Origin: Parasitella parasitica NRRL 2501
Taxonomy: Eukaryota; Fungi; Mucoromycota
Length of the DNA stretch: 64,000 nt
NCBI GenBank assembly: GCA_025201805.1
Contig: MU619240.1
Span: 367,295 to 431,294 of the forward strand
Reading direction: 5' to 3'
Shown here one piece after another: positions 1 to 12,024 of this stretch. A program made the translations under genes and the position numbers. Numbering within the stretch: position 1 is the first letter of the stretch; each line of letters opens with the position of its first letter. The notes under the pieces were generated by a model. The model saw only the letters and a program-made list of their open reading frames with translations. It was not told the DNA's origin and did no database searches.

Positions 1-1
1 A

Positions 2-403
2 CCTACTCCGATTGATCATGATATCAAACCTCGTAAAACAATTCTCGCCCTAGGAAATGCGATGTTCAATGGGAGTCTTCGAGGGAACAAATCAGCACCA
101 GTAAGACATATCAGGGAATCATTGAGGAAGCGCTGTGGGGAGACGTTAGATATATGCTTCATAGACGAGTACCTAACAAGCCAAGTTTGCAACATCTGTA
201 AAGAACGCAATTTGGAAAATGTTACAACGGCCAAGTCAGTGCAAAGAGTACATACCGTATTGCAGTGTCAGCAAAACACTTGTAATACGGTATGGAATCG
301 CGACATAATGGCTGCAAATAACATATTGGACATCTTTCTCTTCGCTGTATTCAATAACAACGAGCGTCCAGACATATTTAAGCGACACACCTCACCCGTA
401 TGA
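2..403 (+). CDS. Fanzor (eukaryotic TnpB-like, RuvC RNA-guided nuclease), C-terminal part; 5' end lies outside the window
   Basis: The frame is open from base 2: ...KTILALGNAMF...IDEYLTSQVCNIC...LQCQQNTCNTVWNRDIMAANNI. This reads as RuvC-II Glu (DEY-TSQ), a CxxC...CxxxxC zinc finger and RuvC-III Asp (NRD-AA-NI), the TnpB/Fanzor signature. Confidence 0.85.
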   Translation, partial: PTPIDHDIKPRKTILALGNAMFNGSLRGNKSAPVRHIRESLRKRCGETLDICFIDEYLTSQVCNICKERNLENVTTAKSVQRVHTVLQCQQNTCNTVWNRDIMAANNILDIFLFAVFNNNERPDIFKRHTSPV

Positions 404-532
404 TTGATATAACTCTCTCATACTCCTTACAGATGTAAGTATATATACATTCTAAACTTCAGTCAATATCCTAACCATTATTTTCTTTTTACCCAAGTTT
501 TTCTGCTTTTCTAAGGTAAATTCATGATCATA

Positions 533-2218
533 CTATAATACCATCAAAAACCAATTTGAATTGTGATCAATGGTCTGGAAAGAGTAATTATTTTTTTGTT
601 TTTTAGGTATACGAGAGACGGTAACACTGCCATTTGATAACCAATCCAGTGGAGGAATCGGGGCGGGGCGTTTCAAGTTATTATATTTAGATAACACAGC
701 AGTTTCAATCTTCGAGGCGGTTTGAGAGGCAACAGTCTTCAAGTACAGCAAATGAGTTATGGCACTAGGGAGGAGGGATATTTGGTCCAAATTCTTGAAT
801 AGTTTGATTTTAGATACGTTGGCCATTCGGTACAGTTTGGGGGAGGGTAAATCCATGGTGTAGGTGTATACATTTTCTCCTTCGCATTGAATACCACAAA
901 CCTTAGGCTTACTTACTCCGTTAATAATCAACGTGTTCAGTGTGGACTTCATCTGCTTCGCAAGCTTAACCAAATCGGATTCAATATATGAATTTTGTTT
1001 CTTAGGTTTGAATTCGGCAATGAGGACAAAGCACTTCGTAGAACCAGAGAGATTATACACTGAAAAATCAGGCTTAAATGCATTGAGAGTATCATTTTTA
1101 AGTTGACCATTAGCCCATTTCATTTTCAGGCGTGAATCACAAGCAAATACAGAGGACAATAAAGGAGAAAGATAATAATGCACATAACTATCCTCAATTG
1201 TGTCGTCAGGAGGGCCGTTAGTAAGAACAGGAAGGATTCGCGTCAAGACCTGGGCAGTATGCATATCCAATAGATTCCCTGATTTGCATGCTGTGGTAAG
1301 TAATTCAGCACATAACAACAGCGACGAGGACCAGTCAACAGGAGGATATGCTTCAATTTCCAGACACCAATCATAACAGTTGAGGCCTTTTGTAGGAATA
1401 TATGTCTCAAAGAACAAGGTTGGTTTGAGGGCGGTAGGAATTGCATCAGGGAAATACTTCGTAACAGAAAACGCAGAGTTCTTATCAAAGATATAAAAAT
1501 CATTCAATACGAGGACGCGAATATCCGAGATCTGTGCTGGATTAGCGTGCTTGACTATTTGTGATGTTGTACTTTTCAATTTGAAGCATAAATCGGATAT
1601 ACAGGTGTCATCAATGATCCATTTTGAGTCATCTTCGTCGGCTTCAGTACTAGTTGAGGCTTCATCTGATTCTGCATAAGTTAGAGTGTACTCACAAGTA
1701 CGATGGGGGTGATTGTCGATTGTTAAATCAGATGGTATTTCATCCTCTTCATCCTCCTCTTCATCCTCCTCTTTATCCTGAACTTCATCCTCCTTTTCAT
1801 TGTCATGTTCATCATTAACATGTGTCAAGACTGGTGTAGATTTGAGAGCTGTTTCCTTGGTGTTGGGCGGGCTGTGTTGGCTAGTATAGTAAGTACCTGT
1901 GCCACAATTGATAACGTTAGAATCGTTTGCAGTGATGTTGAAGATAGCATTATTTGATTATTTTTCAGATGATCCCTGCAATGATGATAAACGGCGAGCT
2001 TCTTTCTTCACATATTCGGGTACATCACTTAAATTCTGGATGTTGTTCATTGCGGACAGATAATCATTTTTAGTTTTGGTACTACTTCGTGTCCTCTGGT
2101 TGCTTTTATTAACAGCACCCTCAAAGTCTGTTTAAGACCATTTTCTGATGAGATGTTCCATGAAATATTTAAGAGATGGGTCACTTGTGTGATTTTTCAA
2201 TTCAAATGAATCATCCAT
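533..2218 (-). pseudogene. PD-(D/E)XK (restriction-endonuclease-fold)-like protein of a Mucorales-expanded type, with two in-frame stops near the N-terminus
   Basis: Motifs KPDFSVY...IAEFK...DLVKLAKQMK. The ATG at 2218 is in frame with the 533-1828 ORF, with TAA stops at 2132-2134 and 1958-1960. An acidic low-complexity linker is present. Confidence 0.6.
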
Positions 2219-2731
2219 ATTTTGAAAAAAAGACATGACAGACGTGCTGCGACAGCAAAGTCAATTCCTATTTATTGAATGGGAATGGTGACGTTACAAT
2301 CCGTTTTTTTTTTTACTTTGATTGTGTAGGTTTGCTATTCTTTTTTAATTATCTTTATAGTAAGGAGATATTTGAGCATAACTAAAAAGTTTTTTTTATT
2401 AGTTTATTTCTACTATTGTCTTTTGGAAATCAAGCTAGCAAACGTCCTTTTGAAGCTTCCTTGTAAGTACCAATTGTGTATTGATTCACTCTTTTTAAAA
2501 CTGTTGATTATTCCTTCATAGTTTCAACAAATCAATACAGACATCAGACCAAAGTACTCAAATTACGTTTACCCTTGTTTGTAACTACATTTCTCAATCC
2601 ATTTCTTTTAGTTAATAACATGAATATGCAGTAATTATGGCTTATTGTTTCTAATATGGTAATAGATGACAATGCTGGTGATTTACCACATACTCTACTA
2701 GCAATACAGTATTTTCTTGCCTTATTTTGAT

Positions 2732-3148
2732 CTGACTTGGTTCCGAATATGAAGAAGGACTGAAGACACAGCTTACATATATCTTTGGGACTCTGTTGTG
2801 ATGTATGTACCTGGTCAGATTATTCTGTTGAGCTTGGTCGGTTTCCCATGCCGCTGACAAAGTGCCTATTTTTATTCTCTTCTTAATACAATCGGATATT
2901 AGTACGTGGCTCACAGAATAATGTTCATCAAAATAAGAGGCATCTAGACGAAGAGACCTGACTTGGTTCCGGATATGAAGAAGGACTGACGACACAGCTT
3001 ACATATATCTTTGGGACTCTGTTGTGATGTATGTACCTGGTCAGATTATTCTGTTGAGCTTGGTCGGTTTCCCATGCCGCTGACAAAGTGCCTACTTTTA
3101 TTCTCTTCTTAATACAATCGGATATTAGTACGTGGCTCACAGAATAAT
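2732..3148. repeat. Near-perfect 191-bp direct duplication (2732-2922 and 2958-3148)
   Basis: Both copies run ctgacttggttcc...gctcacagaataat, with about 3 substitutions and a 35-bp spacer. Confidence 0.95.
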
Positions 3149-3918
3149 ATTTGTCTTGGAAATGCCTTGATGCTCTGTATTGCTATATAATCCAAGAAAT
3201 TGCACGAGAGTTATGGTATTAACTTCTTTCATAAATCTGAGAACATTCATTCTGTTTGCTCATCGTTTTTCTATTATAGGTGCCATCTCAGATAAACCCC
3301 ATTCTGTACATCTCGAGCTTAATGGCGTATTTATTGATCTTGGACCTGCATGTGTATGTAACTCTTCAAAGAAGTCGCTAATGGTAATTAGGCTTGGTTG
3401 GTCCTGCTATTGCTGTTTCCGAATCTTATACTTTTTTTACCTTTTTTAGGAATAGGATACCAATCATTTTTGGAGGTCTGATGAAATTTGAAGAGGGTAG
3501 CAGACATTAACACTGGATATATTGATTCTACCTAGAGGTCTTCTTTATGGGCTGAAATTGTCATCCCTCGCATGTATAAAATAAAAAAGAGTATATACCA
3601 CCACTGCTTTATTATACCTGTATTACAGACTAAATAAAAACCATATTTATTATACGCAACCGCAAACGCAAGTTAATATTGTCTCCATGTTAGTTCGTTA
3701 AATGGCACCATTACCAATAGCCTCAATATTATTGAGGATATTTAAGAGTTATCATTAGTCTAAGATATATAGCATAATGGATGTAGTTTTAGACAATAAA
3801 AGACGAATACCTGACTCACCTGCATACAGTTTCACATTACTGTATATTATTTTTATAACTTTTAATTAAGACAGTAAGTTCGATTTCATCAAGTTCCCTG
3901 TCTTTATTTACTTGAATT

Positions 3919-4108
3919 ATTGATCAAATACCTCACTGTCAAGCACTTAAAGATTTCATCCAATATTTAAAATTTGACCAGCTTCTGGTCAAATTATTTT
4001 CAAAATGCTGGGCAAGTTAGTTTCAATCATTTGATCAAGTTAATCCCATTATTCTGGGCAACTTAACCTCACACAAATGTCCAAAATAATTCAAAAAATT
4101 GGCCAGAG
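3919..4108. repeat. Array of YTGRKCAARTT-like motifs, including a perfect 11-bp palindrome; probable transposon subterminal repeats
   Basis: Motifs ttgatcaaat, aatttgaccag-ctt-ctggtcaaatt (3971-3995), ctgggcaagtt, ttgatcaagtt, ctgggcaactt and aattggccag. Confidence 0.5.
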
Positions 4109-4302
4109 TTTTCAAAAATGTAGTAAATTGAGAGTGGAAGCACTATATTCTCCATTTAATAAAGAATAGTTAACTTTTTATAGTCAGCTAGTAGTCTGAT
4201 CACATCTATTGTGGTAAAATCGGGGTTTATAGCGGGTACAGTATCCCTGCCAAAAAAGTTTTCTTTTTTATATTTCAACCTTTCTTTAGCTGTCAAACCG
4301 AG

Positions 4303-5247
4303 ATGCCTCCACAACAACACCAATTGCAAGGATTTCTTACACGGAAAAACCAAGTACTATCATCACTTGTTGAATTTGTTGATCCTGAAAGAAGGGATAA
4401 GTCACCTAAGGGGTTTATAGACGCACCAATTTTAGATTTGATGCATATCATTAACCAACATCCCGATTACTATACAACAAGCAGCTGTTCTGGTCGTGTT
4501 GCGGTATATCGCGAAGGGCTAGAAAAGGATGTAGATGTCAATGATCCGGATGCTATTGAAAAGACTACAAAGGGTGGCACTTGGCTGTACGTCAGTCATG
4601 ATCCAATTCTTATGCCAAAAGAGAATCTAGATGTTTGGATTGTCCAGCTATTATTTGGCAATCAAAGCGGCAAAGTTGTTTTCAGTGATAAACGCCCTGA
4701 TGATATTTTGGGTCGACAGCTTATTTATTTCAAATTTGAGCCGCTGGTATGATTTTGTGGCAGATGACTTTAATTTTTTCTTTAATCTTATCAAACAACT
4801 TAGATTTTACATATTGAAGCATCTACATCGGAAACCGCAATGCAGTTGCTGGGAACTGCCTATCAAGTAGGCTATCAGAACTCTGGAATTACACCTTCTC
4901 GTCGCCATATGCTGGCCATTCGTAGCACACATAAAATTGATACACCCATTGCTTACGTTGAAGGAGACAAAATTTATTGTCTTGTTGACCCTGCTTATTT
5001 GATTTTACTGCTAACAATGTCAAATCAAAAATTCGAATCCAATATGAACCGAATGAAGGTATTTGAAGACACCATGACGCAAATACTTTGTAAAGCAAAA
5101 GAGACTCGAGACTGGGAGCCAAGAGAAGTGAGAAGACAGAGAATGAAGCAGGAGGGTTTAGTCAAAAGAAATCAGCTGCGGCAACAAGAACAACAAGATA
5201 TGGTTGTCGCTGAAGATCTTTTAGATAGCGTAGTTTTATTGAAATAA
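4303..5247 (+). CDS. TYW3: tRNA wybutosine-synthesizing protein 3 (methyltransferase), 2 exons
   Basis: DKSPKGFID...YTTSSCSGR, and FKFEPL|ILHIEA across the GT-AG intron 4747-4803; also GYQNSGI and AIRST motifs. Confidence 0.92.
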
Positions 5248-5328
5248 ATTATCAAAGTACGAGCCCTCAAAGAGGATATAACCGGTTGAATACACATCTA
5301 GGACTCTTATTCAATATGTTTTGGGCGT

Positions 5329-6844
5329 ATGCAAAACACACCACGTAGTAGAGCAAATTCCAGTGTTGGAGCAACCACTTCGTCACTTTCTCCTCCCCCA
5401 CTCGATGTTCCCTGGTCAGTCGTTACTGCTGGCAAAGGCAAGCATCGCAGCAATAAACATCAACAACTCCTATCCCTCAAACCTACGTTTGTTCAACCAC
5501 GCTCAGCTACCACCGAGTCGAACCAAGCTCTGTCTGGTCAGGCTCCACCAACTCCAGTTTAACTCGTTACCCCATATATGAAGGGTGTTGAAAAAGGCTC
5601 TGTCTTCATCGACATCACTCATGTCAAGAATCTCAACCTTCTTCGCGCCGCGTTGGATGATTTTAACAAGGGAACTGATGATCCTGGATCTAATCAGAGC
5701 AATACTGAATTCTTGGGCCGCTGCGAAAAGAACCGAACTTATTTGAACCACGTTTTCATGGAAACGTTGTGGGCCCATAGTACGGCCTCATACAACACGA
5801 TTGTCAATGAAGGCATCATGCTCTCTGACAATACCTTTATCAAAAGGTTTCCATCTTATTCTGCTGATGCGTCTATTGTACGTTTGGCCTTGGCCGGCTT
5901 GCCATTTCTTCAACTTCGTCTCTTGAAGAACTCCTTGCACAGCTGGCTAACCCGATTTGGCGAAGTCCTTGATTTTGGCCTTAGCAAGAAAGGACGGTTA
6001 TTATGTGGGCGGTGGCTATGCTACCATTGCCATCCCACCTGGCAACCCTTGCACCCAAGATCCATGCCCTCTGGGCCATCAGCATTTTGCTCCTCTGGAG
6101 AGGAAGGTACCTTGGGAGGAAGATGATGGCGACCTCCGCAAGATCACCCTCTCTTGGGATGCCATGCCCGACTTCTGTCGATGCTGTGGTGTCTTGGATC
6201 ATTGTAGGGCAGATTGCCCTGATCGACTCAGCTGGCTGAAATGCTACAACTGTAACAAGAAAGGCCATGAATCTAAACATTGCCCTCGCAATAACAATGT
6301 CTCTGGCACGGAAGCGCCTAGCAAGACTAGAGCTGTTCCTGCTGAACCCAAGAAGTCGAGTCGAAAGACTCCCTTGAAGGTAAACAACGCTGATGTCTCG
6401 CCCATGATCGTGGATTCTCCCAAACCACCTGCCAACCCTGATATCGGCTCAAAAGAAGATGACACCACTGATAACGCACCCACTACAGATGCAACTAAGC
6501 AATCTGATATCACTAGTATTGGTGAAGAGAATGATACTACCATGACTGAAACGGAGCCTACACCTACCACTCCCAAGAATCGTTCTCAATCACCTGAACC
6601 AGTGAAACACAAGAAGCTGCCCAAAACCCAGCAGGCTAGCGATGTTGGTGACAGCTGTAGGCAGCAACATGGTCAACATGACGCGACCAATACACATGAA
6701 TCCAATACTGGAGCTCAACAGCCTACTGGGCCCCATACGGATAATCATCAACAGGACAACGGTAAAATGGAGCACCTTCTAATCCTCATGGCAAAGATCA
6801 GCCTCCACCACCTCCCCAACATTAAATATGATTATGCAACCTAA
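5329..6844 (+). pseudogene. LINE ORF1 (gag-like, zinc knuckles), with a stop at 5560-5562 and a frameshift near 5990
   Basis: CRCCGVLDHCRADC and CYNCNKKGHESKHC knuckles; LTRFGEVLDFG motif; split over three ORFs. Confidence 0.85.
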
Positions 6845-9800
6845 ACTCAAAATCGCCACACTCAACTGTCGTGGCCTCAGAAAAGAAAATCAACCAACAA
6901 AAAGACAATTATTTATACGACATCTTTGCTCTTTGGGCTATAATGTTCTCATCTTACAAGAAGCACATGCAACAACTCAACAAATTATACAGGAACTCAA
7001 CTTCCAGTTTCAAACAACATCAAGTCATTGGACTCCACACTGTGGCATTGTTATACTTGACAACAGATACACCCTAGACGTTGTGCAGTACGGAATCAAT
7101 GGTGGTCGATTCATTCTTGCACGCATCAAACTGGGTACACCACCAATGGATGAAACTATCTCATGCCCCACCATTGTCACTGTACTCAGTATATATGGAA
7201 GATCCAGCTTGCATTCTCAGCGATCCGCCTTCTTTTCAGAATTGATCATTATTCCAATTCTTTTGGACGTACGTACCAACACTACGGGATCACCCACGCT
7301 CATCATGGGCGATTTCAATTATTCATACGAAAAACATCGGCTCTCATATGGCTCCTTAACTAGTGCATCTACTTCTTGGACCTCCATCTTGGATACCCAC
7401 TTTGTGGACTGCTTCAAGGACCAGAAGCATCCTACCTGGTCTCTGGGAACCAACTCTTCCATTCTCGATTTCATCTTTTGTGATGCCACCTCTCACTTCA
7501 AACTTGATGATCTCGAACAAATTCATATCAACAACAACTGGACGGATTACGACCTACTCGGTATCTCCTTTCAGTACTCGGATTGCACTAGTCGTGGACC
7601 TGGTGCATGGAAGGCCAATCCAATCCTTGCCAAAAGCAAGACCTTCCGATCCTCATTAGCTCAACACTTGGCTCAACAACAACCAACATTTGACGCTATA
7701 CAATCCACTTCAACTTCTCAGCACACTTGGGATTGGGTTAAGGACAATGTTAAGCAGTATAGACGCTCCTACCAACTTGCAGAGAACAACTGGCGAGCAA
7801 AGGAATTGGAACGGCTACAAAGTAAGCAAAATATGATGATTCGGCAGTCGAAGCCTCGTGGGTTATACTACCAAGTTCTTGGCAACATCAACACACAAAT
7901 TGGCGCCTTGCAGGAATCTATAGCCAAGACTCAAGCATTAAAGGCGGGTAAGCAATGGCGAGAAAAAGGAGAAAAACATGCTGGCTACATCAAATGGACC
8001 GCTACAGTCAGGGAGACACAACACTCTATTACGGCTTTGACTGATCCAGATACTGGTGATGTCTATGAAGATCAACCCAACAAGCTACGCATTGCTCAGG
8101 ACTATTACACCACACTCTTTAGTCCGGATATAGTCGCGCCCACTGCCATTCAAGAGCTATTATCTGTCATCCCTGCGGATCTTCGACTCAATGCTGATGA
8201 TCGTAATTTTTTGACTTCCGAGATCGACTTTGACGATATCTTGGACGTGCTCAAATCTTCCCCTAGAAAATCTAGTCCTGGCGCTGATGGTCTCCCATTT
8301 GAAATCTTCAACCTCGTCATGCGCCTTCCCCCCCTACAAGCCGTTGATTTTGAAGGTATTCAACGCAGCATTGGACCATGCCATCTTCCCTGACTCCTGG
8401 AATGAATCCATCATGACCCTCCTCAAGAAGAAGGGTGATTCAAAGGCTATGGCCAACTACCGCCCACTTAGTCTGGCTAATTGCGACTATAAATGCTTCA
8501 CCAAGGTCCTCAATCAACGCATGATGACTGTGTCCCCCAAGTTGATTAATGCCAAACAGATTGGCTTTATACCTGGCAAGTATATAGCTGAAAATGGATT
8601 GCGCTGCCAAATCCTCATGGAAGATGCCGAACGCCGCTGGACAATCGCTGAACAAACTGACTCGATAGCCTCGCTCGACAAAGACATTGGCTTACTTCTT
8701 GACCAAGAAAAAGCCTACGACCGGGTCAACCTATCCTACTTCCGAGCTGTGCTCAACCGGTATGGCTTTCCTGCAAGTATTGTACAATGTATATACAATC
8801 TAATGGCTTTAAACCGTATCCGCATCAACATTAATGGATTCTTCTCGGATGAGGTTCGCAAACTCCGTGGCTTCAAACAAGGCGACCCCATCTCCTGTAT
8901 CTGCTATGATCTGGCATCTGAACCCTTCTTAAAAAGCATACTTCAGGATCCAGACTTCCATGGTTATCAACTGCAGTCTAACGCACAGCCAATGCCACGA
9001 GCTCTGATCACTACCAAGATCCTGTGCTATGCTGATGATGCTCTGGTTTTTGTACATGATCGCCAGAACCTTCGTCTACTGAAGTATTACATGGACCTAT
9101 TTTGTCGAGCCTCCAATGCACGGTTCAATTACAACAAAGTCGACGCCTTCTCTATCTCTGGTCGAGACACTAGCCGATTTTGGAGCCGTTCTCTGCAGGA
9201 TATGAACATCCACCATTTGCATACCATCCAAGATCCTGATCCCCTCATCTACCTTGGTTTTCCCTTGATACAAAGTACGCAACAGAGGACCAACTTTGTT
9301 CCTGCCTTCATCCGAAAACTTAAGCAAGACATTCAGCTTCACACTGGTCGGTCATTATCTGTGGTTGGTAAAGCCACTGTTGTCAACACACTACTGTTTT
9401 CCAAGTGCTGGTATTTGCTTCGAGTCACCCCTTTGACCCAAAAGGAACTCCAGCTGATTCCCTCAGTCGCTATCCAATCCTTGAAACAAGGCATTTTTCC
9501 TGCCATTCCCTGGACTACCTGGATATTACCTCGCCATCAAGGTGGCCTCGGTATACTCGATGTCAAACTGCAGTCTGCTGCTCTCTACTTCCGGTGGATA
9601 CAGCCATTGTTGCAAATAGAAACGTTTAACCCCAGCAGTAACCCTCTATTGGCCATGTTATCGATGCACATCAACAACCAGCATCAGACTGAATTCCATC
9701 AACTGCCTTTGCTACTACCCACTGCACGCAGGTCCTTTACAAAAATTCGGCGGACTAGCACCATTGACATGCTATATAGATCCATGGATATGTTGCCTCG

Positions 9801-10735
9801 TGATTATGACCTTGTATCCATCAACTACGCTACCGGGTTCAAGCTTTCGCTACAGAGTATTCTATACACCATCTCCACCAGCAGTTACAAACTTCCCAAG
9901 AAATTTGCGTCTCTGTCTATCGGCGATGTTTTCCAGAAGCATCCTACTATGCCTTTCCTTCATTGGAAAGACCCCGCCGACCCATCCCTCATTGCTATGA
10001 AGCGAGCTCCACGGCAACTGATGTCAGGCATCGAACAAGGCTCAATCCTCATCCAACCATTCTTCCTTCCTCTTTGTGATCCTGCCACGCCAACTACCAA
10101 CTCCTCAACAGCAGTATCATTTCGTCCATATACTGATCAGCTACTTGTGGATTTGGATCTTCAAGCCCCAACAGCTCGTTGCAGCTCTAGATCGTTTCGA
10201 GAAGCGTGCTCTTCATCTGTTGTTGCTCCACAACATCTAAGTGCGATTGATCCCTCTGCTTGGACTTTCCTCTGGTCCCTTACCCTGACAATGGTCCAGC
10301 GCAATGTTCTATACTGTTACATCAATACTTGGATTCCTCACCAGTCCTTCCTCAACCGCTTATTTCCTCTCATCCATCTGTCTCCACTTTGTATCGTCTG
10401 CTCATCCACTGTTGATTCTGCTGATTACTTCCTGTTCACCTGTGTGCCCAAAGCCATGGTATAGCAGAATATAATCACGGAATTCCTTTGGCCTACAGTC
10501 GATATACGTGATATACAAAACTCCCTCTTTTCTTTGATTTCTACTCCATTCGCTTAGTCAAAAGCCCCAAGCCCCTTCTCATCTCATCGTCATGCTTACG
10601 CTAGCTAACATTTGGAAAGCTCACTATCGCTTGGTTTTCAATCAACAACCCTTTCTCCCATCTTCCATCCTCAGCGTCATCCGTCTCGACATCCAAAAAA
10701 TGATCGATGAAGATCAAGTCCACCGCTCCTTGTAG
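6828..10735 (+). pseudogene. LINE ORF2 (AP endonuclease + reverse transcriptase), frameshift near 8330 and premature stop at 10462-10464
   Basis: IATLNCRGL, LILQE, MGDFN, LDFIF (APE); NYRPLSL, LDQEKAYD, GFKQGDP, YADD (RT); CIVC zinc finger near the end. Confidence 0.92.
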
Positions 10736-11014
10736 TCCTCTACAGCGATATTTGAACACTTTTTCGTTATAGTTTATTTTTAAATTTCGTCACAGTTAAT
10801 TGCGTCCGCCGCTTGATTACAGTCTCTGGATTGTAATTTACGCGGAGCAAGTAATAAAAACCTTCAAAAAAAAAAAAGAGGATAACCGGAAACATACGCA
10901 ATCCGGCACAGCCCCCCGACGACGACGCACTGGCATTTAAGATTCTCAATACCCTTGAATATTCATTCTCTTTCCTTTTTTTTTTCCTTTAATCCTTCAT
11001 AAGTATAAAAGATA

Positions 11015-12024
11015 ATGAGGTAAAGAAACTCATCAAGCAGCATAACGGACAGATGGATAGATAGATAGATAGATAGATAGATGGATAAATAATAGTCGAA
11101 AGATCACAGTTTTGCTTATCAATGGATTATTTTTTATAGTGCGGAAGAAGAAATACCTGTGTTCAAACTAGTTCTTGGTAATATACACGTTTGTCAGACG
11201 AAACGATATGTTCATTAAATGTGTGTTTAATAGTCGGTGATGGTGGTACTGGTAAGACTACCTTTGTCAAGCGTCATTTAACTGGTGAATTTGAGAAAAG
11301 ATATGTGGGTAAAGTAATTTCGATACACACAATGACGCGTATACTTTTGCTAAAATAATCTTGCCTACAGCCACCCTTGGTGTTGAAGTCCATCCACTCG
11401 CATTCGCAACTAACTTCGGTACAATCGTTTTAAACACTTGGGATACTGCTGGTCAAGAGAAGTTTGGTGGTCTCCGTGATGGTTATTAGTAAGTTCTTGT
11501 TGTACGAATTAATCGGTATGACGTCAAGTTATTTATACATGCTGCAGTATCAACGGCCAGTGTGCTATCATTATGTTTGATGTCACTTCTAGAATTACTT
11601 ACAAAAACGTTCCCAATTGGCATCGTGATCTTGTCCGTGTTTGTGAGGCCATCCCTATTGTTCTCTGCGGTAACAAGGTCGATGTAAAAGTAAGTAAGCT
11701 TGGTTATTTATCTTGGTATAAACTCTGATATATTAATTTGAATGATACCGACAGGAACGTAAGGTAAAGGCCAAGACTATCACCTTCCACAGAAAGAAGA
11801 ATTTGCAATACTATGACATTTCTGCCAAATCCAACTACAACTTTGAAAAGCCTTTCCTTTGGTTACTTCGTAAGGTAACTGGCCGAAGCAATATGGAATT
11901 TGTAGCCGCCCCTGCCCTTGCCCCTCCTGAGGCCACAGTAGATCCTAGTTTGATGGCTCAATACGAAAAAGATATGGATTTGGCCGCTGCCCAGCCTCTT
12001 CCCGAAGAAGATGATGATTTGTAA
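11015..12024 (+). CDS. GSP1: Ran GTPase (GSP1), multi-exon
   Basis: Spliced product [36 protein letters not shown]...[17 protein letters not shown]...CGNKVD...[12 protein letters not shown]...EEDDDL. Confidence 0.97.
11050..11087. repeat. (GATA)n microsatellite in intron 1 of Ran
   Basis: agatggatagatagatagatagatagatagatggataa. Confidence 0.9.

Larger units (their letters stand above)
5286..10877 (+). mobile_element. Full-length L1/Tx1-like non-LTR retrotransposon, decayed
   Basis: ORF1 with two CCHC knuckles; ORF2 with APE, RT and a C-terminal zinc finger; AATAAA-like signal and A12 tail at 10866-10877. The TSD is aaagaggata(ta)accgg at 5269-5285 and aaagaggataaccgg at 10875-10889. Confidence 0.92.

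Noticed and set aside
3919-4108. CRISPR-like array
   Set aside because: Repeats are short, irregularly spaced and in both orientations, in a eukaryotic context.
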